Positions 28,023 to 36,839 of a DNA stretch of 64,000 nucleotides are shown here, one piece after another. The notes under the pieces are model-generated. The model ran no database searches and had not been told where the DNA came from. It was given only the letters and a program-made list of their open reading frames with translations. Source of the stretch: Candidatus Latescibacterota bacterium (GTDB taxonomy: Bacteria > Latescibacterota > UBA2968 > UBA8231); assembly GCA_965215195.1 (NCBI GenBank), contig CBDCDC010000002.1, forward strand, positions 2,496,001 to 2,560,000. Direction: 5' to 3'. A program made the translations under genes and the position numbers. The first letter of the stretch is position 1; each line of letters begins with the position of its first letter.

Positions 28023-30067
28023 TGTGGACGAAAACAGCTACCCAGTTGCGCCCATTGCTACTGGCTACAGCCTTGCTGGTGGGCAGCGCGGGCCACGCCG
28101 AGGAATGGACCGTTGACCAGTGGGAGCAGGCCGTGTACTACCGGCATACCCTCAATGCACCCGAGGCCGGCGCCGCCCTGCTGCGCCTGACCGCGATAGA
28201 CGAATACGAGATTTTCCTCAACGGCGAAGCCATCAGCAGCGACGACAATTGGACCACTATGGAAGAGTACCCGGTCGAGCTCAAGCGACGCAAAAACGAG
28301 CTGGCCGTGCGCGTCGTCAATCGCGGCGAGGGCCACGGCAGCGGCCTCGTTGTGGAGGTGAGCACCGCACAGCAGTCATGGGTCAGCACCTTTGGTGCTT
28401 TGCAAAATTTGTGGTACTGGAGCGGCGAACCCCAAGCAGACGCGGGTTGGCAGACAACGGATGTGAGCCGGCTAGACGCCTGGCAGCCAGTGCAGCGCGG
28501 CCAGCTAGACAGGACGGGCGTATCCGGCTGGTCCGATACGCTGAAGGCAGATGTAATCGCCGGCTTTCCCGGTGGCATCGACATAGGCCAGCCAGCCGGC
28601 GGCTTGAGCTTGCGTTCAGTGGAGGGAGAAAACCTAGCGTTGAGGCTGCCCTCCAACCGCCCGGAAGTATTCGACGGCCGCTCCAATACCGGCTGGACCG
28701 TAGATCCGACCGAGTTGAACGCCATGGCCCGAGTGGATCTGTTGCACCGGCGTCTAATCAGCGAGGTACGGGTCCTGACCCAAGGCCGGAACGCCGACGA
28801 GTTTGTCCAGAATACCCTGCGCGGCTATGCCGTCCAAGTGAGTAACGATCAGTTTGAGTGGCGCGAGGTGGGCGTACTGCACGGCATTGCTCAGCCCGAG
28901 CGCACCGCCATTGCCTTTGCCCCGCTCTTGGCCCGTTACCTGCAAGTGATCATCGCCGAAGTCGATGCGGTGCAGCGCGCCAAAGTAGCCGAGATTCAGG
29001 TGCTGGGCAGGGGTATTGCCCCAGCGGGCCGCTTTGTCTCTCCGCCCCTAGACTTGGGACAGCCCGGAGAACGCAAGAATTTCACCTCCGCGCACTGGGA
29101 TGGCCAAGTGCCGGCCGGCACTGCGCTCGGGCTGCAATTCCGCAGCTCGAATGACGGCAGCACTTGGAGCGGCTGGAGTGCGCCTGTGCATACTAGCCCG
29201 GCGCTGCTGCAAGTGCCCGAACCGCGCACTTTCCTGCAGTACCGAGTCCAGATGGAAACTCAATCCGAAGAGCTGGGCCCGCGCCTGGACCGTCTGATTG
29301 TCGACTTCACCGACCAAGTGCCGGCCTCGCGGGTCCGCGGCTGGGTTGAGCCCAATCGGGCCGTGCTGGGCCGCGATACCCTTTTCACGTATCGCCTAGA
29401 GCTAAATTTCAGTGCGGACGATCTGGGGGTGGAGCGGGTGCGCGTTGCCCTGCCCAGTCAGATCGAGCTAGAGGAAATTGTGCCCCCGCTTGGAGTGGAA
29501 ATCGCCGCAAACACAGCATCGAGCACCGCGCTGGAGCTAGTACTAGCCGAGCCTTGGCACCAAGCGGGTATCCTAGAAGTGCGCTTTCGCGGACGGCTGC
29601 TGAGCCATGCCTTCGAGTTCCGCGCCCAAGTTTCTGGTCCAGACGGGGGCGCGACACTCGATGCCGAAGAGAACGTTGAACCCGATCCACACAGCGGTCA
29701 GCCGCGCTCTTGGCAGGTGTCGGCCAGCGGTGTCGCGGGGGCCCTGTTGAGTCAAGTGCGCCCGGTACCAAAGGCATTCAGCCCCAACGGCGACGGTATC
29801 AACGACGCAACAGCGATCGAATTCACCTTGGCGCGGGTGAGCGAGCCCCAACCAGTAGAAGTGGACATATTCGATGTCGAGGGCCGACCTGTGCGCGCCC
29901 TATATGCCGGCCCCCTGAGCGCGGGCGAATACTCCGCGCCGGGCCTGTGGGACGGCAGGGACGATGCCGGCGAACTGGTGGCACCAGGACTCTACCTAGT
30001 GCGCGTGCGGATCCTTCTGGAGCGCAAACAAGAAAGCCGCCTGCGCACCGTAGCCGTGGCGTACTGA
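28022..30067 (+). CDS. exported discoidin-like protein with FlgD-Ig/T9SS-like CTD, paralog of 20533..22584
   Basis: Full-length colinear similarity (QWEQ.VYYR, LRLTA.DEYE.FLNG, VEGENLAL, VPEPR..LQYRV, FSPNGDGIND). Confidence 0.8.
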   Translation: MWTKTATQLRPLLLATALLVGSAGHAEEWTVDQWEQAVYYRHTLNAPEAGAALLRLTAIDEYEIFLNGEAISSDDNWTTMEEYPVELKRRKNELAVRVVNRGEGHGSGLVVEVSTAQQSWVSTFGALQNLWYWSGEPQADAGWQTTDVSRLDAWQPVQRGQLDRTGVSGWSDTLKADVIAGFPGGIDIGQPAGGLSLRSVEGENLALRLPSNRPEVFDGRSNTGWTVDPTELNAMARVDLLHRRLISEVRVLTQGRNADEFVQNTLRGYAVQVSNDQFEWREVGVLHGIAQPERTAIAFAPLLARYLQVIIAEVDAVQRAKVAEIQVLGRGIAPAGRFVSPPLDLGQPGERKNFTSAHWDGQVPAGTALGLQFRSSNDGSTWSGWSAPVHTSPALLQVPEPRTFLQYRVQMETQSEELGPRLDRLIVDFTDQVPASRVRGWVEPNRAVLGRDTLFTYRLELNFSADDLGVERVRVALPSQIELEEIVPPLGVEIAANTASSTALELVLAEPWHQAGILEVRFRGRLLSHAFEFRAQVSGPDGGATLDAEENVEPDPHSGQPRSWQVSASGVAGALLSQVRPVPKAFSPNGDGINDATAIEFTLARVSEPQPVEVDIFDVEGRPVRALYAGPLSAGEYSAPGLWDGRDDAGELVAPGLYLVRVRILLERKQESRLRTVAVAY

Positions 30068-30083
30068 TGGAAATGGGCCCATC

Positions 30084-33020
30084 GTGAAAAAACCGACAAT
30101 ACAAATCGGCCGCGTACTCCCAGTGCTGCTGTGGGCAATAGTCCCGAGCTGGGCAGAAACGCCGCGCCTGGGCATTCCCGAGATTCTGCCCTCCCAAGAC
30201 TTTCTCGGGCGGCAGTTGCCCCAGTACAATAACTACGCCTTTCAGGGCTATTCCAACTACCCGGACCACACCTTCCCCTACGCCGACCGACCCCGGGCCT
30301 TCTACGATTCCTTCGGCGATCCCCTCATCACCGGGTACGACCTGTACGACTGGACCGAGCGCCGCACACTCGGTCAGGAATACGGCAGTAGCATTTTCAA
30401 GGATCGCAACCAGTGGAGCACGGTTTTCGATTTTCTGGTGGTGGGCCGCGACAGCTATAACAACTGGGGATACAGCGCCATTGTCGGCGATGGGCTGATT
30501 GCCCGCTTCACGCCGCTGACCCTGTCGCAAGTTGACTTTAATGGCACCCGCTTCGACTTGGCCACGCCCTACGCCCGCTTCACCTTCTTGGGATCGCGCA
30601 TCGAGCGCCCCCATTTTTACGTTGAATCCATTCCCCCTTGGGCCATCGAAAATACGCACTTTGCCGACGCTTCGACCATGCTGCTGGGGAGCCGGCTGGA
30701 GACGGATATTGGGGCCTTGCGGCTGGGCCTGAACGGCGTGAACACGCACGTGTACCAAAGCACCCAAGACGACAACAGCCTCAAAGGCTCTCTGAGGCCC
30801 AGCCTGCCGTCCATGGACCAGATTGTGGTGCGCTTTACCGACGACTCGCCCCAAGACGGCCGCGGCGGGGCCTTGGTGCAGGAAGCGCAACTCGTACTCA
30901 ACGGCGAAGCCCGGCCCGATATCGCGCCAACAGTGATTCGCCATTCCGAAGGCGTGGATACGCAGGTGGGCACTATCTCCCGGCTGACCGGCCAATTCAA
31001 CCCGACCATTTACACCAACCCCCGGGGGTATTACCAGACAGCCACGCTCTACTACCGCGGCCGAAGCGATATGCCGCTCTTTGCCGATTACCTCTATCGC
31101 GCCGACCACGAGGCCGGCCTTGACGTGAGTAAGAATACCAACCTCGAAGGTTTGCTGGCTGCCTTCAAACTCGAATCGTCTGAGGAGATCCTACGAGCCG
31201 ACGGCAACGAGCAATTGGTGTTCCTCTTCGATTTGTCGCAGGAGCCTTACGTGGAATCAGTGGCCGTGGAAGCGGCGCTGGCCAACGACTACCGGGTAGA
31301 AGTGGCCACCCTCCATCTCAACAACCCGCGGGGACGCGGCTATCCCAACCAGTACGTGAGCACATTCTACCGGCCTGTCCTGCGCGCCGAGGGCAATGTG
31401 CAGGACGGCACCAATCTAGCCAGAAAGCGGATCAATGTGGGCGAAAACACGGCGCTTTTCACCTACAGTGCCGATATGCAGCTTGCCCTAGCCGGCCTCG
31501 AAATCAACGGCGAGTACGCCCGCTCAGCGCGCTACTCCCGCTTTCCAGCGCGCATGGACGAGACCGCCCTGTACGATCGGGGACCGCGTTTTTCCGAGAA
31601 AGGATCGGCCTATTTCATCAATGCCGTGCGCTGGTTCGCGGGAGGCCGCTTGGGGGCCGAAGCCTTTGCCGTGAACCCAGACTTCCACACGGAAATGCGC
31701 ACCTTTGTACCATTCGAAATCGGTTTGACAGAGACTTCGCTGGCCGGCCTGACCAACAACACCATCTTCTGGGACCTGGTGCAGGACAACGAGGACGGCG
31801 ACCGCTACCCAGACAAGCGCGTGGGCAACCTGCAGGGGCAGCCCAACGACCGCGAAGACGAGGACGTCGACGGCGTATTTCCCGGGCAGGACGACGACAA
31901 CGACGGCCTGCCCGACACCAATCGCAACTTCAACGATGTGCCCGACTACGTCGAGCCCTTCCTCATGTACTACGTCGAATCCAACGACTTCTTCTACGGC
32001 CTCGACCGCAACAACAACGACGATCCCGACGTGCGCGAGGACGATCTGGACCCCGACTACCCCTACGACTCCGACCAGCGCGGCTTCCACCTATTCGGCC
32101 AGCTAGATCTGACGCCCCAGTGGTCTTTGGGGGTGGGGCGCTACGACATCGAACAAATCGCCGGCGGCGGGCGCAACGAGTCGAGCTACGCACTGGTGAA
32201 CTACCGGCGCGAAGGGCTGGGGCGGCTGCAGCGGCTGTTTTTCGAAAACCACCTGCGCCGCGTCAAAGACGATATCGCCGACGAATTCTCCGTGCTGGTC
32301 GAACGACCGCGGCGCGTAGATACGGATTTTCGCGGCCTGACCGCCGGCAACAAGCCCTCTTTCACCAATAATTTCCGCGCCGATCCGCTGCTGTATCGCA
32401 ACAGCTACGTCAACGAGACCTACCTGGAGAGCTGGCTCAATCCCTGGTCCACCCTTCAGATGGTCCACAAAATCCGCCTGCGTCTCAACTGGCAACGAGC
32501 CGGCTCTTTGCCCGGCGGCCTAGTCCAGCGCGACAAACGGCTCGACTTCTTCACTTGGGTCAGCCGCGCCGACTACACTTGGCATTGGCACCGGCTGCAG
32601 ATCCAACCCCAGTTCAAGGTCCTGCTGCTGCGCCTAGTCGATCGGGCCGCCGATCGCCAAACCGATGGCCACTACGCCCGCCGCACCGTGCGCTCGGAGT
32701 TCAGCGTCATTCCCATCCTGCGCTGTACCCTGCCGCTGATGCAGCGCAGCCAACTACAGCTAGGCATCCAAGGCTTGGGGCCGCTGCCCTACCGGGTCGA
32801 GGACCGGGTCAATGCACGCAACAGTTTTGACCAGCGCACCTTGTATCTCAACGTGAACAATCGCTCGAAGTACTTCGGCTACGATCTGCGCACGATCGTG
32901 GGGTTGCAGCGGGAGGTCAAGGCATTCGACGAGGAATCGCGGGCGGACGATGCCTTTGATGCGCTGACTTTTTTCGCCCGCGTCCTCATCGGCTTCACCG
33001 AATATGGACGGCTCCTATAA
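30084..33020 (+). CDS. exported beta-rich protein with Asp-rich block, paralog 3
   Basis: Same conserved blocks; signal peptide ending SWA. Confidence 0.75.
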   Translation: MKKPTIQIGRVLPVLLWAIVPSWAETPRLGIPEILPSQDFLGRQLPQYNNYAFQGYSNYPDHTFPYADRPRAFYDSFGDPLITGYDLYDWTERRTLGQEYGSSIFKDRNQWSTVFDFLVVGRDSYNNWGYSAIVGDGLIARFTPLTLSQVDFNGTRFDLATPYARFTFLGSRIERPHFYVESIPPWAIENTHFADASTMLLGSRLETDIGALRLGLNGVNTHVYQSTQDDNSLKGSLRPSLPSMDQIVVRFTDDSPQDGRGGALVQEAQLVLNGEARPDIAPTVIRHSEGVDTQVGTISRLTGQFNPTIYTNPRGYYQTATLYYRGRSDMPLFADYLYRADHEAGLDVSKNTNLEGLLAAFKLESSEEILRADGNEQLVFLFDLSQEPYVESVAVEAALANDYRVEVATLHLNNPRGRGYPNQYVSTFYRPVLRAEGNVQDGTNLARKRINVGENTALFTYSADMQLALAGLEINGEYARSARYSRFPARMDETALYDRGPRFSEKGSAYFINAVRWFAGGRLGAEAFAVNPDFHTEMRTFVPFEIGLTETSLAGLTNNTIFWDLVQDNEDGDRYPDKRVGNLQGQPNDREDEDVDGVFPGQDDDNDGLPDTNRNFNDVPDYVEPFLMYYVESNDFFYGLDRNNNDDPDVREDDLDPDYPYDSDQRGFHLFGQLDLTPQWSLGVGRYDIEQIAGGGRNESSYALVNYRREGLGRLQRLFFENHLRRVKDDIADEFSVLVERPRRVDTDFRGLTAGNKPSFTNNFRADPLLYRNSYVNETYLESWLNPWSTLQMVHKIRLRLNWQRAGSLPGGLVQRDKRLDFFTWVSRADYTWHWHRLQIQPQFKVLLLRLVDRAADRQTDGHYARRTVRSEFSVIPILRCTLPLMQRSQLQLGIQGLGPLPYRVEDRVNARNSFDQRTLYLNVNNRSKYFGYDLRTIVGLQREVKAFDEESRADDAFDALTFFARVLIGFTEYGRLL

Positions 33021-33045
33021 CTGATTTTCTGCCAAGGGCAAAACC

Positions 33046-34596
33046 ATGATTTCTCCCATCCGCAACCAGCGCCCCCCCTACAAATTGCCGTCGCATATTA
33101 TCTACTTTCACGACTGGCGCTACGTCCATCACGGCAGCCATTCGACCGGCTGGCGCAACGCGGCCGGGGATTGGCTGCGCATCTGGACCAACGACGAGAG
33201 GCCACCCCTGCTACACGAGCCGAATTACATGCCCAGCGGCATTCGCCTGTGCGCCAAACCGGCGACTAAGAGCGAGCCTTTCCTGCTGCCGGCCGCGGAC
33301 GAAGGCTTTATCTGGCCCGGCACCGTGCTTTGCACAGAGGGAGGCTACCGTCTCTGGTACGAGTTGTTCGCGGGCGAACACATCGGCCACGAAAAGTACC
33401 CCATAGGCGCGGCCAACTACGTCTGCTACGCCGAATCGGACGACGGTGAAAACTGGCGTTTTCCCGCGCAGGGGCGGATCGAGCGCAAGGGCACCAAGGA
33501 CAACAACATTGTTTACGGGCTGCCTCAGATCGAAGAGACCGGTTTGCACGGTGCCACGGTGTTCGAGGATGCGTCGGCCTATGCTGCGGAGCGCTACAAA
33601 ATGATCTACGTGGGCCAGCTAAGTGCGGCGCAAAAGGAGCACTACCTGCAACAGAGGCCCGGCGAAGTGGGGGCACTCAATCTGGAAGCAGAACAGTGGG
33701 ACGGCCTGTTCGGCGCCATCTCGCCCGATGGCTTTAGCTGGACGCCCATCGCCGAGCCGCTCGTCGCCCAAATCAGCGACACCCACAATGTCTGCGAGTA
33801 CGATCCCGTGCTGGGACAGTACGTGGCCTATTGCCGCAGCCATTTCTTCAACCGCCGCAGCATTGGTCGCACCGCTTGTGCGGATTTCCGCCGCCTGCCC
33901 CTGTCCGAGGAAGTCTTCTGGCCCAACGCCGCGGCCGAACCCTACGATTTGTGGTACGCCAATTCCAAGACAAAAATGCCGGGCACCACCGACTATCACC
34001 TCATGTTCCCCCTGCGCTGGCGCTTGATCGACGACTCCTTCAGCTTTGTGCTGGCCGCCAGTCCGGACAATGTGGTGTGGAACTTCGTGCCCGGCGGACC
34101 AGTGTGCGAACCCGGCGATGGGGGCGCATGGGTCGAGGGCGCGGTGTCAGCCGGCGTCGGCCTAGTGCCATTGCCCGGCGAGCGCATGGGCATCACTATA
34201 TGCGGCTCGCCGGAACCGCACAAGCACCTGCGCCAGCCGCCGCACGGGCACATTGCCTGGGCCTGGTGGCCCAAGGGACGGCTCGCGGCCTTGGAAGCAC
34301 CGGTAGAGGGGCGCTTCCGAACCTTTCAGCTAGCAATTGAGCAGCGCCGCGTCCACCTCAACTTCAAGACCGCGCCCGGAGGCAGCGTAAAGGTGCAGGT
34401 CATGGACCGCAAGTACCAGCCCCTGCCCGGCCGCTCCTTCGCGGACTGCGACTGGCTGGTGGGCGACCAGCTAGACCGCGAAGTGAGTTGGCAAGGCGCG
34501 GCCGACCTAGGCCACCAAGGCGAGGGGCCGATCTCGCTGGGCTTTGAGATCCGCTGCGGCGAGCTCTACAGCGTCGAATTCAAAAATCCCGACTGA
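33046..34596 (+). CDS. five-bladed beta-propeller glycosidase-like protein (GH32/43-like fold)
   Basis: CYAESDDGENW, RYKM, SPDGFSW, YDPVLGQY, plus a C-terminal beta-sandwich; no signal peptide. Confidence 0.65.
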   Translation: MISPIRNQRPPYKLPSHIIYFHDWRYVHHGSHSTGWRNAAGDWLRIWTNDERPPLLHEPNYMPSGIRLCAKPATKSEPFLLPAADEGFIWPGTVLCTEGGYRLWYELFAGEHIGHEKYPIGAANYVCYAESDDGENWRFPAQGRIERKGTKDNNIVYGLPQIEETGLHGATVFEDASAYAAERYKMIYVGQLSAAQKEHYLQQRPGEVGALNLEAEQWDGLFGAISPDGFSWTPIAEPLVAQISDTHNVCEYDPVLGQYVAYCRSHFFNRRSIGRTACADFRRLPLSEEVFWPNAAAEPYDLWYANSKTKMPGTTDYHLMFPLRWRLIDDSFSFVLAASPDNVVWNFVPGGPVCEPGDGGAWVEGAVSAGVGLVPLPGERMGITICGSPEPHKHLRQPPHGHIAWAWWPKGRLAALEAPVEGRFRTFQLAIEQRRVHLNFKTAPGGSVKVQVMDRKYQPLPGRSFADCDWLVGDQLDREVSWQGAADLGHQGEGPISLGFEIRCGELYSVEFKNPD

Positions 34597-34869
34597 TCGC
34601 GCCGAGAACTTGAGACATTCGCACTCGGCGGTTTGTACATGCCGTCTTATGGAACAAGGCGCTGAGCGAGCAATACCAGACTCAAGTGCTTGGAAAATTA
34701 GGCGCGAGAACCTCTTAACAAAATGCTTGACAGGCTCGTCTAAAAGTCATATCTCCTTACGAACAAATGCGGCGATAAGCCTATTACCTATCTCAACTTA
34801 TTAATTTTTATTGAGTTATTGATTTTGCGGAAGGTAGTCATTCACTTTTTCTCAAACAAAGGAGGCACC

Positions 34870-36747
34870 ATGCGCAAATTGCGTATTTTAGCCATTAGCT
34901 GGTCCATAGCAGCACTCGCCGTCAGTGCAACGTGGGCACAGGACGAGCAGACCTTCCCCTCAGGCCCTGACTACGGAGACGCATTTGAGCTACCTGACAT
35001 CTCCGGCGAGTTCAATCCAATGGTCGTTTCGACTCAGGATGTGGCCTACGACGGCAACGGCAGTGTGGACATTCCCTTCACCGTCAACCAGCGCGCCACG
35101 GTCTGGGTAGTGATCTACCGCAAAGGTAGCAGCGAAACCGGCGAGCGGGGGCCAGCCGGCGCTTGGCTGCGCTTAGAGCCCCAAGATATGTACATCGCCA
35201 CCACCCCAAGTCAGGTCTCCGAAGCCGGCGATGGCACCGCTGCTTGGGACGGCAACGACTGGGAGGGCAATGCCGCGGGAGCCGGCGACTACGAATTTGA
35301 CGTGGTCGCGATCAACAATCTCGACTTGCCGGTGCTCGCCGGTCCTGGAGCGGGCCCCACGGGGTTCACCTTCCCCAACATTGACACCTCGCAGGACCCG
35401 CCCGAAATCTGGGTCCAAGAGTACGAGCGCGAAGTGCCCGACCGGGGCCACACGGCCGGCGACATGGTCCGCGGCACGCTGGGCACGGACTACTTGGCCA
35501 ACCCCAACGCTTGGGAACGCTGGAATTTCGACTTCGGCTTTGAGGGGGCCCGCACCTTGGGCGGCATGCGCATAGACGATCAGGATCCAGAGATTTTTTG
35601 GACCTCCCATCGCCGCGAAGAGTTCGGCGGCCTGTACAAACTCCGCATCAACCGCGCCGCCCAATCTTGGGACCGGGTCACCGACTTCGGCACCAACGGC
35701 CAGTCGCCCAATGCCAACGGCGACCGCATCGTCGAATTTGAGCCCAAAGGCGATGTGGTGTTCAACGCCCTCTGGGGCAAGCAAGAAGTGCCCTTCAACG
35801 CCGTTGAAGTGCGCGACAAGACCACGGGCGAAATTACCCAAGCATTCGACGTGACCGAGTTCTACAACAGGCTCAGAGTCGATGATGACGGCAACGAGAG
35901 CATAACCGGCGAAGGTCCCGCTCAGATTTCGGTGACCGACGACGGCATCTGGGTCTCTTCGTGGGCCCACCCCAACATTCTGCGCCTAGACCACGACGGC
36001 AATGTGGTGTGGGCCAACCGCAACGGCGATTTGTGCGGCGACGCTATTTCCAATGAAGAAGCCGCCGCCATCGGTGCCTTGGGCGGCTCCGCCATAAACA
36101 ACTTGGGCGTCACCGCGGACAAAACCGGCAACATCGTCTTTATCAATGCCGGCAGTCGGGCGGCCACCATAAGTGCCCTCGGACGCGACGGGGCCTGCGC
36201 CTTTGAAATCGAATTCCCCGCTAGCTGGGGCCGGATGCGGCCGGGGGGCACCCGTTTCAACCTATTGCAGGAAGGCGGCCCCTACGACGGTCTCTATACG
36301 AGAAACGGCATGCGCCTAGAGACCTTTTCGTACGGCTACGGGGACGACGAGACCACTAACCCCTACGGCCCCCATCTGCTGCTCTATACGCCTGTGGCCT
36401 TGGCCTCGGGCAAGATGGGTGCCGACGCCACCGCTGTGCTGGAGGTGGCCGCTGCCAACACCCCCGACGCGTATAGTCTGGGCCATGCCACTCCCAACCC
36501 CTTCAACCCGAGCACTGTCATCGAGTTTACTGTGCCCGCTGCCGCAGCACACGTGAAGTTGCAAGTATTCAATGCGGCCGGTCAGCTAGTGGCCACCCTA
36601 GCCGATCAGACCATGGCCGCGGGCAAATACCGGGCCGATTGGGATGCGCGCGATGCCAGCGGCAAGCTGGTCTCCAGCGGCGTTTATTACTACCGCATGG
36701 AGGCGGGCTCGTTCGTCGAAACGCGGGCTATGACCTTCCTCAAATAA
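34870..36747 (+). CDS. exported protein with FlgD-Ig/T9SS type A-like CTD
   Basis: AAGGAGG RBS; signal peptide ending TWA; C-terminal PNPFNPST.I.F..VFNAAGQLV..WDARDASG.LVSSGVYYYR..MTFLK. Confidence 0.85.
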   Translation: MRKLRILAISWSIAALAVSATWAQDEQTFPSGPDYGDAFELPDISGEFNPMVVSTQDVAYDGNGSVDIPFTVNQRATVWVVIYRKGSSETGERGPAGAWLRLEPQDMYIATTPSQVSEAGDGTAAWDGNDWEGNAAGAGDYEFDVVAINNLDLPVLAGPGAGPTGFTFPNIDTSQDPPEIWVQEYEREVPDRGHTAGDMVRGTLGTDYLANPNAWERWNFDFGFEGARTLGGMRIDDQDPEIFWTSHRREEFGGLYKLRINRAAQSWDRVTDFGTNGQSPNANGDRIVEFEPKGDVVFNALWGKQEVPFNAVEVRDKTTGEITQAFDVTEFYNRLRVDDDGNESITGEGPAQISVTDDGIWVSSWAHPNILRLDHDGNVVWANRNGDLCGDAISNEEAAAIGALGGSAINNLGVTADKTGNIVFINAGSRAATISALGRDGACAFEIEFPASWGRMRPGGTRFNLLQEGGPYDGLYTRNGMRLETFSYGYGDDETTNPYGPHLLLYTPVALASGKMGADATAVLEVAAANTPDAYSLGHATPNPFNPSTVIEFTVPAAAAHVKLQVFNAAGQLVATLADQTMAAGKYRADWDARDASGKLVSSGVYYYRMEAGSFVETRAMTFLK

Positions 36748-36777
36748 GGCCCTGCGCCGAGAGCGCAGCCAATCTCA

Positions 36778-36813
36778 AAGAAGCCGTCTTGGGTCTTTCC
36801 AAGACGGCTTCTT
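36778..36813 (+). terminator. stem-loop terminator or mRNA-stabilising hairpin
   Basis: Perfect 15-bp inverted repeat aagaagccgtcttgg-6 nt-ccaagacggcttctt. Confidence 0.75.
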
Positions 36814-36839
36814 ACTAGCACCCGAGGGAGGTTAGGGCA

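Noticed and set aside
29823-31109. 428-aa minus-strand ORF
   Set aside because: Antisense to well-supported paralogous genes; no motifs.
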